Below, one piece after another: positions 27,817-39,216 of a stretch of 64,000 nucleotides of DNA; within the stretch, counting starts at the first letter, position 1, and every line of letters begins with the position of its first letter. Source of the DNA: an uncultured candidate division WWE3 bacterium. Its GTDB lineage: Bacteria > Patescibacteriota > WWE3 > UBA101185 > UBA10185. The notes under the pieces were generated by a model. It was not told the origin of the DNA. It was given only the letters and a program-made list of their open reading frames with translations, and did no database searches. Position numbers and translations under genes: made by a program. The stretch lies in the NCBI GenBank assembly GCA_903879985.1, contig CAIRNR010000007.1, positions 585,925-649,924 of the forward strand, read 5' to 3'.

Positions 27817-28605
27817 ATGGATCTTATTTTAAACCTGCCCAATAGTTCCTCACTGTTTCCAGAACAGTATTTTTACATTGTTTGTGCTGTCGTATTTATT
27901 CTAGGTTTGGCAACTGTACTTGGTGTGTTCAAATTGCGACAAAGTACGAAGAAGTCGGCGCGTTCTTATTCGGCCGCTGGTGACGCCTCTGAAAAATTAC
28001 CTGAAGATATTGAGGCGGAGGCTTACGCTAATGCCGTTAAAATTTTAGATGACGCACGTGTGCAGTCCTTAAAGATATTAACTTCTTCTCAGCTTAAAGC
28101 TCAAAAATCCTTAGAGGATGCTTCCAGTATTAGTAAAGATATTAAAGATTCCCTAAATAAGAAATTAGTGGACATATATACAAAGCAAGAGAGTTCTCTA
28201 CAAACGACCGGTGCGGAGATGTTAGCCACACTTAAGCAAGCTGTTGAATCTGAAAAAGAAGAAAATATAAAAATGTTGGATGAATCAACAGGGGAAATTA
28301 AAACAGCATTACTTAAAGAGGTTGATACATTTAAAGATTCCTTAAAAAATGAAACAGTTGCCACACAACGACAAATTGACGACAAGCTCGAAAAGGCTTA
28401 TGCAGAAGTAGCTGCTGAAATACATACATACAAGGCGGAAAAGGTAAAATTGATAAATGAAAGGATCTTCCAGATCTTATCAAACATTAGCACTCAAGTG
28501 ATTGGTGGAACACTTGTCCAAGAAGATCATGAAAGGTTTATATACGACACACTTAAAGATGAGTTACAGAGGGCTGGGTTTATGCTAGGGGAATCTGGCA
28601 AGTAA
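27817..28605 (+). CDS. atpF: F0F1 ATP synthase subunit b (single N-terminal TM helix plus long charged coiled coil)
   Basis: TM 'YFYIVCAVVFILGLATVLGVF' followed by about 220 aa rich in K/E/A/L; lies first in the b-delta-alpha-gamma-beta-epsilon order. Confidence 0.55.
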   Translation: MDLILNLPNSSSLFPEQYFYIVCAVVFILGLATVLGVFKLRQSTKKSARSYSAAGDASEKLPEDIEAEAYANAVKILDDARVQSLKILTSSQLKAQKSLEDASSISKDIKDSLNKKLVDIYTKQESSLQTTGAEMLATLKQAVESEKEENIKMLDESTGEIKTALLKEVDTFKDSLKNETVATQRQIDDKLEKAYAEVAAEIHTYKAEKVKLINERIFQILSNISTQVIGGTLVQEDHERFIYDTLKDELQRAGFMLGESGK

Positions 28606-28609
28606 TTGT

Positions 28610-29098
28610 ATGACAGAACCTGTGTATGACGAATTTAAATACGAATTACTTCGACAGACTTGCACAGTGAGTCAGTCGTTCGGTCTACTGTCACTTTTAG
28701 ATAAATTAAATGCGGCATCTTTTAAGACGACCGCAATTGACATAAATGCACTTGAGGAAGATTTTAAAACTTGTACGTGGTTTTCATTGGTTGCTGCCAG
28801 ACTAGGAACACATGTGTCAAATATATCTCAGGAAGTGGCTTCCATGTCGGAAGTTATTCTTAAGGCTCCCAAAATAACCCTGGAGATCCCTTTTGAACCT
28901 ACTGACTCGTTTAAGAAGAACATTTATTCGTTGCTTTTAGCTAATTCGTACAAGGGCTTCTTACTAGATATAAAAGTCGATGAAAGTGTCGTGTGTGGCG
29001 CGAAAGTCTTCGTAAACGGCCATTACATTGATGCAACACTCGCACCACGTGTAAGGAAATTTTTAGAGGAAACAAATGCACTTAACGGACTTATATAA
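28610..29098 (+). CDS. atpH: F1 ATP synthase subunit delta (OSCP-like)
   Basis: Position between b and alpha; C-terminal '...VVCGAKVFVNGHYIDATLAPRVRKFLEE' resembles the delta C-terminus 'G.ii..gd..iD.S...rL..l'. Confidence 0.5.
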   Translation: MTEPVYDEFKYELLRQTCTVSQSFGLLSLLDKLNAASFKTTAIDINALEEDFKTCTWFSLVAARLGTHVSNISQEVASMSEVILKAPKITLEIPFEPTDSFKKNIYSLLLANSYKGFLLDIKVDESVVCGAKVFVNGHYIDATLAPRVRKFLEETNALNGLI

Positions 29099-30573
29099 AA
29101 AGAAATTTGAAGAAAGCTTAGATAGAACCAAAGAAATTGGCTTTATTGAAAAGGTTTCACATCCTATTGTGTACGCAAACGGCTTACCCGGAGCAAAGAC
29201 CTGGGAAGTCGTGTACTTCAATTCAGGACATATGGGTTTTGTTACAGCTCTTACCGCGGACTACGCAGAAATTATGCTGTTTTCTAATGACACTTTACCC
29301 GTTGGCACTCAGGTAGCACGTACTGACGAGATACTGGAAGTGCCGGTAGGTGAGGGTTTATTAGGTCAAACAATCGACTCATTAGGCAGGGCTCTTACAG
29401 ATGGCGCTATTCTTCCTATATTTACAGAAAAACGTCGAATTGACGTTACACCACTGGGTTTAGATCACCGTGAAAAGGTTAAAGATCCTTTGGAAACAGG
29501 TGTACCTTTAGTCGACTTTTTAGTTCCTTTAGGAAAGGGTCAGCGTGAACTTATTATCGGCGACCGCAATATCGGCAAGACGACATTTGTCATGCAGACA
29601 ATGTTATCTCAAGCGCGAAAAGGTGTGATATGCATTTATGCCGCTATCGGCAAGAAGCGTCAAGCCATTCGTGAGGTACAAGATTTCATGACAAAGAATG
29701 GCGTTGGCGACAAGATAATTATAATCGGGTCTGGCTCGGCTGACCCAGTGGCGCACATATACGTCTGTCCTAGAACTGCTATGACTATCGCTGAGTACTT
29801 TAGGGATAAAGGTACAGACACTTTGGTGATATTAGATGACTTAACTACTCACGCAAAGTATTATCGTGAAATCTCACTTATATCCAAGAAGTTTCCTGGA
29901 CGTGATTCTTACCCCGGTGACATATTCTATGCTCACGCAAAATTACTTGAAAGAGCAGGTAACTACAAACTTAAAGATGGAAGGACAGCTTCTATCACGT
30001 GTTTACCTATCGCGGAGACTGTTGGCGGTGACATATCAGGCTATATACAGACCAATTTAATGTCAATAACGGACGGACATGTCTTTTTCGATTTAGATAT
30101 GTACAAGGTAGGTAAGAGACCTGCAATTAATCACTTCCTTTCCGTCACAAGAGTTGGCCGTCAAACACAATCAGGTGTTCGTTGGGGAGTAAGCAGAGAA
30201 TTAGCTAGTTTCTTGCTTTTACATAATAAAACAGAGCGCTTCATTCATTTTGGATCTGAGCTTAACGAAGGTATAAAGACCACTTTAACCATGGGTAAAA
30301 ACGTTGGCTACTTTTTAGATCAGTCAATGGAAGACATTTTAGATTTAAATGTGCAATTAGTAGCATTCACACTTATCTGGGTAGGGCACGTAAAAGAAGA
30401 CACCCCAGGTACTATTAGAAATTTTGTTAAATCAACTCAACGACTTTATACGAAAGATACTTCCTTTAGAAGCAAAATTGACTCACTTGTACAGTCCAGC
30501 AACGATTTTAATCAATTACTTAATAAGGTGGGTGCTGAAAGTACGTTATTATTAAATTCTATACATAATAGTA

Positions 30574-30590
<17 letters not shown>
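29076..30590 (+). CDS. atpA: F1 ATP synthase subunit alpha
   Basis: Walker A 'GDRNIGKTTFVMQT'; length 504 aa; conserved '...SITDGHVFFD...' region. Confidence 0.88.
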
Positions 30591-33096
<2,506 letters not shown>

Positions 33097-33100
<4 letters not shown>

Positions 33101-33720
33101 GCTTCGATATCAACAGGATAAGATTTACCCATTGTTGAAGATACGAAGATAGTCTTAATCCACATAGGATCGGTCTTTGCTGGCTTATTTTGTTTAAGAA
33201 TAGTCAATATTTCGTTGAAGTTCTCAACTAATTGATCTTCTGTAAAGTTAGTTTTACCAATTATAGTATGTACAACTGGTGCGTCTTTTTCGGTTCTAAC
33301 TTCAACTTTACCTTTTTTAATTTGTGCTACAGCCTTTTCAGCATCGTCAGAAACGGTACCGTTCTTTGGGTTTGGCATTAATCCAATAGGTCCCAAAATT
33401 TTAGCGACTTTAGCTATTTTTGACATAAATGCTGGTTCAGCAACTAATACATCAAAATCTATTCTTGGTTTAATTTTTCCATTTAAAATAAGATCTAAGT
33501 CACTTTCCTTTAATTCTAAATCGGCATTTGCAACTTTTTTACTGGAAAGTACAGCGACTCTTTTTGTTTTACCTGTGCCATTTGGTAAGATAGTTGTGAA
33601 TCTAATTGATTGATCATTTTTCTTAACATCTAATGCTAAGTTAATGTGCAATTCAACTGTTGAGCTGAATTTTTCTTTTGAATTTTTCTTAAGTTCTTTT
33701 ATTGCTTCGTTTATTGTCAT
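33097..33720 (-). CDS. rplA: 50S ribosomal protein L1
   Basis: Translation '...ILPNGTGKTKRVAVL...DVLVAEPAFMSKIAKVAKILGPIGLMPNPKNGTV...'. ORF 33097..33750; the probable start is 'MTINEAIKEL' at 33720, abutting the rplK stop. Its stop codon overlaps the atpC stop on the opposite strand. Confidence 0.85.
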
Positions 33721-33721
33721 A

Positions 33722-34162
33722 TTATCTTTCAACCTCAACGCCCATTGCACGTGCTGTACCTGCTACAATTTTAACGGCTTCGGCTAATTCTTTGGTATTT
33801 AAATCTGGCATCTTAATTTTAGCTATATCTTCAACTTGAGCTTTAGTTAATTTACCGACTTTATTCTTGTTAGGTACACCTGAACCTTTAGCAATTTTTA
33901 ATGCTTTTTTAATTAAGTGAGATGTAACTGGTGTTTTAGTTATAAAGGTGAATGTACGATCCTCGTAGGCTGTTAAAATTACTGGAATAACGTCATCGCC
34001 CATTGATTGGGTTTTAGCGTTGAATTCCTTACAGAAATCCATAATTGGCACTCCGTGTTGTCCTAATGCAGGACCAATTGGAGGAGCTGGGTTTGCTTTA
34101 CCTGCTGGTATTGCCAATTTAACGATAGCTTTTATTTTTTTACCTTTTTTTACTTCTGCCAT
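33722..34162 (-). CDS. rplK: 50S ribosomal protein L11
   Basis: '[37 protein letters not shown]'. Confidence 0.9.
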   Translation of the reverse strand: MAEVKKGKKIKAIVKLAIPAGKANPAPPIGPALGQHGVPIMDFCKEFNAKTQSMGDDVIPVILTAYEDRTFTFITKTPVTSHLIKKALKIAKGSGVPNKNKVGKLTKAQVEDIAKIKMPDLNTKELAEAVKIVAGTARAMGVEVER

Positions 34163-34172
34163 AATTTTTCCT

Positions 34173-34799
34173 TTATAGTTGGGTAACTTGAGTGAAGTCC
34201 AGTTCTAACGGAGTTTCACGTCCAAATACTGATACTAAAACCCTAACTTTTCCTTGTTCATCATTAACTTCATCTACTTTACCTAAAAAGTCTTTGAAAG
34301 GTCCGTCGTTAACTTTAACTGAATCACCAACGGCGAACTTAGCTTCGAACTTAGGAGCTTCCATTTTAGCAAACTTCATCAAAGTTCTCACTTCTGATTC
34401 TGCTAGTGGAGTAGGGGTACTTCCCATGCCTACAAATCCTGTTACTCCTGGTGTAGTTCGGACAATATACCATGAATCATCCTCCATGCGCATCTGTACC
34501 ATCATATAACCTGGAAATAGCTTTTCGTCCACGGCTCTTTTTTTACCTTCTGAAACCACAATCTTTTGTTGATGTGGTACGAATATTTTAAAAATTCTGT
34601 CTGTAAATCCACCGGCTTCAGCTCTTTGTTTTAAAGTAATAGCAACTTTGTTTTCGTGACCTGAGTATGTATGTACAACGTACCAGTGAGCTCTTGGGTC
34701 AATATCTGGGTTAACGACAATTACTTTATCGTCCATGACAATAGGTGTCTGGGTTTCTTCATTTGTATCTGTTTTTTTTGTTTCGTCCATATTATCCAT
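34173..34799 (-). CDS. nusG: Transcription termination/antitermination factor NusG (with about 35-aa acidic N-terminal extension)
   Basis: '[14 protein letters not shown]...' NGN domain and KOW '...[25 protein letters not shown]...'. Confidence 0.85.
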   Translation of the reverse strand: MDNMDETKKTDTNEETQTPIVMDDKVIVVNPDIDPRAHWYVVHTYSGHENKVAITLKQRAEAGGFTDRIFKIFVPHQQKIVVSEGKKRAVDEKLFPGYMMVQMRMEDDSWYIVRTTPGVTGFVGMGSTPTPLAESEVRTLMKFAKMEAPKFEAKFAVGDSVKVNDGPFKDFLGKVDEVNDEQGKVRVLVSVFGRETPLELDFTQVTQL

Positions 34800-34806
34800 A
34801 CTTGTA

Positions 34807-34992
34807 TTATTTATTTAACAGCACTGTTAACAATTGTGCAAATACTAAGTCAAAGAGCATTACGAATAAGCCAACGCCTAAACTAACACCTATTACAAAG
34901 CCAGTCAAGCGGGTAGTTTCTTGCTTGGTAGGCCAGGTGACTTTTTTAAGTTCTGCGTATGCTTCTTGAAAAAAGTTCTTTATCGATTGCAC
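34807..34992 (-). CDS. secE: Preprotein translocase subunit SecE
   Basis: 61 aa, '...ELKKVTWPTKQETTRLTGFVIGVSLGVGLFVMLFDLVFAQLL', immediately upstream of nusG. Confidence 0.7.
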   Translation of the reverse strand: MQSIKNFFQEAYAELKKVTWPTKQETTRLTGFVIGVSLGVGLFVMLFDLVFAQLLTVLLNK

Positions 34993-35110
34993 GCTCCGAA
35001 TTTTATCATTTTACCTGCAAAATGACAACAAAAAGCCGGTATTTGAGTTGTTTATAATAGGAATAGGGTAGTAATTAGCAATAATTTGGCTAAATTGCTA
35101 TAATTCGCTC

Positions 35111-35719
35111 ATGCTTTTAAGCTTATTATCCCAAGATCCTCGCGAGTTTATACTTGTGGTGGTCGCCTTAATTCTATCTTTGTCCTTTCACGAATTCGCA
35201 CATGCTTTTGTTGCGGATCGCTTAGGAGATGGTACGCCAAGAGCTATGGGGCGTTATACACTCAATCCTTTGGCTCATTTGGATCCTGTTGGCTCTTTAT
35301 TTTTGCTTGTGGCCGGTTTTGGCTGGGGAAAGCCTGTTCCGATTAACCCTTTTAATTTTAAGAACCCGCTTAAACATCAAGCTTTTGTTGCATTAGCCGG
35401 ACCTATGTCCAATTTTATATTGGCTATTATTGTTGCACTTATTATCAAGTTTACTGGTGCTTCCGGTTTGATATTTACTTTCTTGTATTTAGTAGTCAAG
35501 TTTAATTTGTTTTTGGGATTTTTCAACTTAATTCCATTTGGTCCTTTAGATGGTTTTAAAATTATCCAAGGATTTTTACCCGGAGATTTAGCTGTGCAGT
35601 GGGCTCAAATGGAGAAGTATGGTTTTATTATTCTATTAGTTTTAGTAATTACAAACGCAACCGGTAACTTTTTAGCGCCCCTAGTGAATTCTTCGTTAAT
35701 CCTTTTAGGTTTACATTGA
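35111..35719 (+). CDS. Site-2 protease family (peptidase M50B) membrane metalloprotease
   Basis: HExxH 'SFHEFAHAFVADR', multiple TM helices, 'NLIPFGPLDG' motif; TATAAT at 35099-35104, just 6 nt before the ATG. Confidence 0.7.
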   Translation: MLLSLLSQDPREFILVVVALILSLSFHEFAHAFVADRLGDGTPRAMGRYTLNPLAHLDPVGSLFLLVAGFGWGKPVPINPFNFKNPLKHQAFVALAGPMSNFILAIIVALIIKFTGASGLIFTFLYLVVKFNLFLGFFNLIPFGPLDGFKIIQGFLPGDLAVQWAQMEKYGFIILLVLVITNATGNFLAPLVNSSLILLGLH

Positions 35720-35757
35720 TATAACAGCTCCTAATTTTTCAAAAACCACTTTTTTCG

Positions 35758-36040
35758 TTTGATACAATTTTAGAGTTATGCTAAATTAAGCATAGATATC
35801 AAACCGATATCGAAAGTCCTGGTGTGATCGTTTAAACTGAAGGATATTAATCTTCCTTGACGATTTACATCGGTGGGATTCCGTCGTGTTTATGCTCCGT
35901 GGAGCGTAAGCTAGGAAGCCCTTCTTCTATAAACAGGAGAGCTGCTTCAGCGGTCCGTCACATCGGGAAGAACTTATTTTATTACTAATAACATTTTATT
36001 TGAGTCCTCGCTGTATGCGGGGACTCTTCGTTTCTGTTTC
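35758..36040 (+). ncRNA. Candidate structured non-coding RNA or structured leader (identity unknown), ending in a strong terminator hairpin
   Basis: A 345-bp ORF-free gap in a compact genome. It contains GC-rich islands ('ggtgggattccgtcgtgtttatgctccgtggagcgtaagctaggaagccc', 'gctgcttcagcggtccgtcacatcgggaag') within AT-rich DNA. A possible -35/-10 (TTGATA-N17-TAAATT) lies at 35758..35786 and a terminator at 36002..36040. Confidence 0.3.
36002..36040 (+). terminator. Rho-independent terminator (GAGUCC...GGACUC stem plus U-rich tail) just upstream of the folD promoter
   Basis: gagtcctcgctgtatgcggggactc followed by ttcgtttctgtttcc. Confidence 0.55.
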
Positions 36041-36064
36041 CAATACATTAATATATAATGAATC

Positions 36065-36865
36065 ATGCAGATTTTTGACGGTCATCATCACGCACAGCTT
36101 TTAGACGAGAAAATAGCAGACTTTCTAAAAACTCATTCTATTGATAAATCTTTAGTTATTGTTCAAGTCGGAGACGATCTTTCTTCCACAAAATATGTAA
36201 ATCTTAAAAAAAAGTACTGCGAAAAGTTTGGAATACCTGTGGAAATATATAATATTAATAGTAGCAATTCTGATGAAGAAATTTATAAACAAGTTGAGGA
36301 CATTTTTAACTCGTCAACTATTGGTGGGGGAATAATACAACTACCATTACCTCGCGAATCATTGTACGGCCTGTTAAATTTGATACCCGTTAGCAAAGAT
36401 ATAGATGTGATTTCGAGTAAAGGAGTTGCACAGTTCTATGCAGGTGACCTTAGCAGGTTATCCCCGGTAGTCAGAGCTACGCAGTACTTCATGAAACAAT
36501 GTCATATAGATAGCAATATTGATGCAACATTGATTGGAGAAGGCGTGCTGGTTGGTAAACCCTTGTCATACTTTTTAGCAAAAACAGGTCATAAGGTGCA
36601 AATTATTCAAAATTACACCACCGGAACACCTCTTAGCTGTCACTTATTGGTTTTAAGTGCTGGCGTTCCAAATCTAGTGCACGGCGAGGATATAACCCCC
36701 CAAGCAAATGTAATAGACTTTGGTTCTTCCGTTGTTGACAGTAAAACAGTAGGGGATTTAGATCTTAATAGCAACCTAAACCACTTAAATTTTGTCTCAC
36801 CTTCACCGGGGGGCATGGGGCCATTGGTGATCAGATTCTTGGTTATGAATTTTTTGGGGCTTTAA
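36065..36865 (+). CDS. folD: Bifunctional methylenetetrahydrofolate dehydrogenase/cyclohydrolase
   Basis: 'GGGIIQLPLP', 'NLVHGEDITPQANVIDFG', '...SPSPGGMGPL'; TATAAT at 36054-36059, 5 nt before the ATG. Confidence 0.85.
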   Translation: MQIFDGHHHAQLLDEKIADFLKTHSIDKSLVIVQVGDDLSSTKYVNLKKKYCEKFGIPVEIYNINSSNSDEEIYKQVEDIFNSSTIGGGIIQLPLPRESLYGLLNLIPVSKDIDVISSKGVAQFYAGDLSRLSPVVRATQYFMKQCHIDSNIDATLIGEGVLVGKPLSYFLAKTGHKVQIIQNYTTGTPLSCHLLVLSAGVPNLVHGEDITPQANVIDFGSSVVDSKTVGDLDLNSNLNHLNFVSPSPGGMGPLVIRFLVMNFLGL

Positions 36866-36901
36866 GCAGAGCTTTTTTTAACGTAAACTTTATATAAGTA
36901 T

Positions 36902-37387
36902 ATGAAGATCCACTTTGTAAGTTACGGACATGTTTTTCGTAGTCGCTTGGCGGAAGCTTATATAAGATATTTGTTAAGAAAACAGCCTCAGTATCAAATC
37001 ACCTCCTCAGGTATTAAATATGACAAAAGTATTCATGGGCCAATAGCTTGGTATGCTATGAAGTTATTGGCAGACCAGCAATTAACAGGTTTCATGACGG
37101 ATATACCTGTTTTAACTACTAAGGCTTTGTTGGAAGAACAGGATGTAGTCATTTTTATGGATGATATTTCAAAGGAATTTTGTGAGCGCCACTTTGGCTA
37201 TAGAAGTCGTACAGCCGAAGTATGGCGAATTGACTACGTACCCGCAACACCCGAGGGTAGTGGCAAAAGCTGGGAGAAAGACGCTTATTTGATATATATT
37301 TCTGAGCAGATTTTTAAGGCAATTCAAAAGGATTGTCAGCATTTTGTTGATGAACTAAACCATGTCGAGGTTCCTTTTCAGGCTTAG
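36902..37387 (+). CDS. Low-molecular-weight protein-tyrosine-phosphatase / ArsC-like fold protein with a degenerate P-loop (catalytic Cys replaced by Ser)
   Basis: N-terminal 'KIHFVSYGHVFRSRLAEAY' vs canonical LMW-PTP 'V.FVCLGNICRSPMAEA'. Confidence 0.45.
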   Translation: MKIHFVSYGHVFRSRLAEAYIRYLLRKQPQYQITSSGIKYDKSIHGPIAWYAMKLLADQQLTGFMTDIPVLTTKALLEEQDVVIFMDDISKEFCERHFGYRSRTAEVWRIDYVPATPEGSGKSWEKDAYLIYISEQIFKAIQKDCQHFVDELNHVEVPFQA

Positions 37388-37516
37388 TTGTGGCTTAAAT
37401 GCCTTGTTTTTTCAACTTTACAATTTTAGGGCAGTCTGGTAGAATGAACCCTATAGTTTTCAAACCCCGAGATTTAGGGGATTTTATCCATAAAAAAAAT
37501 ATAAGGAGAGTTATCA

Positions 37517-37918
37517 ATGAAACGTCGTTTGCAGTTAATTGCAAGAAAGTATGCACTGCCTGTATTTGGTGCCTTAGCACTGGTTTTTGGCTTGGCGCTA
37601 AGTTTTACCCCGGTTGCAGCGCAGTCAAGTTCGGGTTGGGCAACACCTACGCCGACTCCGCTGCCATCTACGTGGATCCCCCGCTGTGAACATGCGTTGG
37701 ACCAGATCGTTGGTATCAACCAGGCTGAATTCTATTCAGGACAGGTAGCATATTGCGTGCAGACCCTGCAATATGCTTATTCGAATGGAGCCTCGCTGAA
37801 TGTGGCATCGTTGCAGGTTGTTCGGCATTGGGAATATCGGTTTCATTTTAACGATAGTTCCTATATAGCAGGATATGCAATGGCCGAACTGCTTCGCCCA
37901 TCGTACATTTACCGCTAA
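37517..37918 (+). CDS. Small secreted hypothetical protein (signal peptide; Pro/Thr linker); first gene of the GC-richer accessory island
   Basis: RBS 'ataaggagag' before the ATG; signal 'ALPVFGALALVFGLALSFTPVAAQ'; by eye this segment is noticeably GC-richer than the flanks. Confidence 0.5.
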   Translation: MKRRLQLIARKYALPVFGALALVFGLALSFTPVAAQSSSGWATPTPTPLPSTWIPRCEHALDQIVGINQAEFYSGQVAYCVQTLQYAYSNGASLNVASLQVVRHWEYRFHFNDSSYIAGYAMAELLRPSYIYR

Positions 37919-37937
37919 AAGCTTTTTCTCTACACGT

Positions 37938-37986
37938 CCGGAATCTGTTATCACCAAATGATCACAGGTTCCGGATATTTTTTGTT
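37938..37986 (+). terminator. Rho-independent terminator (16-bp imperfect stem ccggaatctgttatca/tgatcacaggttccgg plus T-run)
   Basis: Read directly after the stop of 37517..37918. Confidence 0.6.
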
Positions 37987-38050
37987 ATCCACAAATTAGC
38001 TATAAGCTGTTGATAACTTTAGCTATAAGTCTTGTGGGGGATTTATGTTG

Positions 38051-38272
38051 CTACTGCGCTAGTAAATCGCTTGGGGATACTTTTAAAGCATTCGCGATAT
38101 CCACAATTTTCTTAAATGAAGGGTTACCTTCACCTCGTTCTATTTTTCCCATATATGATCGTTCGATTTTGGCTTTGTATGCCAAATCTTCCTGCGATAA
38201 ACCATCACGTAATCGCAGTGATTTTATTTTCTTTCCGAGAGCTTCTTGAGCTTTATACAACTGTACTGTCAT
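38051..38272 (-). CDS. XRE-family (Cro/C1-type) helix-turn-helix transcriptional regulator
   Basis: 'LRLRDGLSQEDLAYKAKIERSYMGKIERGEGNPSFKKIVDIANALKVSPSDLL'. Confidence 0.65.
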   Translation of the reverse strand: MTVQLYKAQEALGKKIKSLRLRDGLSQEDLAYKAKIERSYMGKIERGEGNPSFKKIVDIANALKVSPSDLLAQ

Positions 38273-38331
38273 AACCAGTTAATCATGGTTATTCGTTGCT
38301 TTACAGTCCACGTGATATATTACTCACAGGT

Positions 38332-38838
38332 ATGTGTTTAATGTTGCAGCCTATTGTTAAATGGAGTTTTTATCCTTCTGTTTCTGTGGCTAAATTAAAT
38401 TCACTTATCGGCGAAGATCTATTACTTACTTCTGATTTACACCGACTTTCTGGCAGCGTGACCTTTGACTTTGCCAGAAAAATATCTTGGGTTTCGTGTG
38501 CGCAAGGTACTTATACAATTCTTCTAAATTCACCCTATTGCTTTTTAGTTCGGCATAAACTAGTAGATGCCACGGACGTGATTATTTATTTCAATGTCTA
38601 TCGCAGAATACTTAATAAAAAACATGTTTGCACAGGTTATTTGGTTGTGGAAAATTCCGGTAACTCTGAAAGGAGTAGGGAAGTATATGTTTTATTCGAT
38701 TTCGCTGAAGCTCGTTTAAAAGTTAAGCACTCTACGTCCACGAATGCTTCAGATGTTCTCGATGATTTTGGTAACGCTAGCAATACTCCAAACGTGATGT
38801 GTTACGAACATGAATTTTTCTCTTTCGAGGTGATATAA
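38332..38838 (+). CDS. Hypothetical protein (island; divergent from the XRE regulator)
   Basis: ORF 38296..38838; start placed at an internal Met because the annotated start lies 24 bp from the divergent gene. Confidence 0.35.
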   Translation: MCLMLQPIVKWSFYPSVSVAKLNSLIGEDLLLTSDLHRLSGSVTFDFARKISWVSCAQGTYTILLNSPYCFLVRHKLVDATDVIIYFNVYRRILNKKHVCTGYLVVENSGNSERSREVYVLFDFAEARLKVKHSTSTNASDVLDDFGNASNTPNVMCYEHEFFSFEVI

Positions 38839-38866
38839 TTTTTATAATCAAAAAGGAGACCGCTCA

Positions 38867-39115
38867 ATGAAACAGCCAAATTTTGTTGGAAACGAAAACT
38901 GGGCAATTATGTTTGCAATGCGTCGTGGATTTACTCCCGGCTGCGTGGTTACTTCACCTGAAAAATTACATTATGATGTACTTTCGGATGTGAACATGTC
39001 CAATGACCACTTATTTGTACACGTACGCCCTGCTGGAATGTGTGATGCTGTGCTTCGTGATGTGACGATTGATATGAACACCAATGTCGTTTCATGGGGC
39101 GTACAGGCGATATGA
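38867..39115 (+). CDS. Hypothetical small protein (82 aa)
   Basis: Strong RBS 'aaaaggagac' 7 nt upstream of the ATG. Confidence 0.45.
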   Translation: MKQPNFVGNENWAIMFAMRRGFTPGCVVTSPEKLHYDVLSDVNMSNDHLFVHVRPAGMCDAVLRDVTIDMNTNVVSWGVQAI

Positions 39116-39216
39116 GCTACAAAGCTTCTTTAATAAAGGCTTGATTTAATAAAACAAATCAGGCCTTTCGTTTCCCCGGCGATACTTTTTATCCAAAATA
39201 TAATACAATTTACGTA

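Noticed and set aside
35720-36064. RNase P RNA assignment for the folD-upstream gap
   Set aside because: It contains 'GAAAGUCC' but lacks the matching P4 3' strand ('ACAGAA.CCGGCUUA'). At about 250 nt the transcript is too short for a bacterial RNase P RNA.
37390-37520. Direct repeat of the tRNA-Trp 3' end marking the distal island boundary
   Set aside because: Only a weak resemblance ('gggcagtctggtagaatgaaccc' vs 'tggcagggacggagtgaatcgaac') was seen by eye. It is not convincing without alignment statistics.
37399-37719. ORFs 37399..37689(+), 37474..37719(-) and 37395..37580(-)
   Set aside because: Alternative-frame overlaps of the better-supported secreted-protein gene 37517..37918 (which has an RBS and signal peptide).
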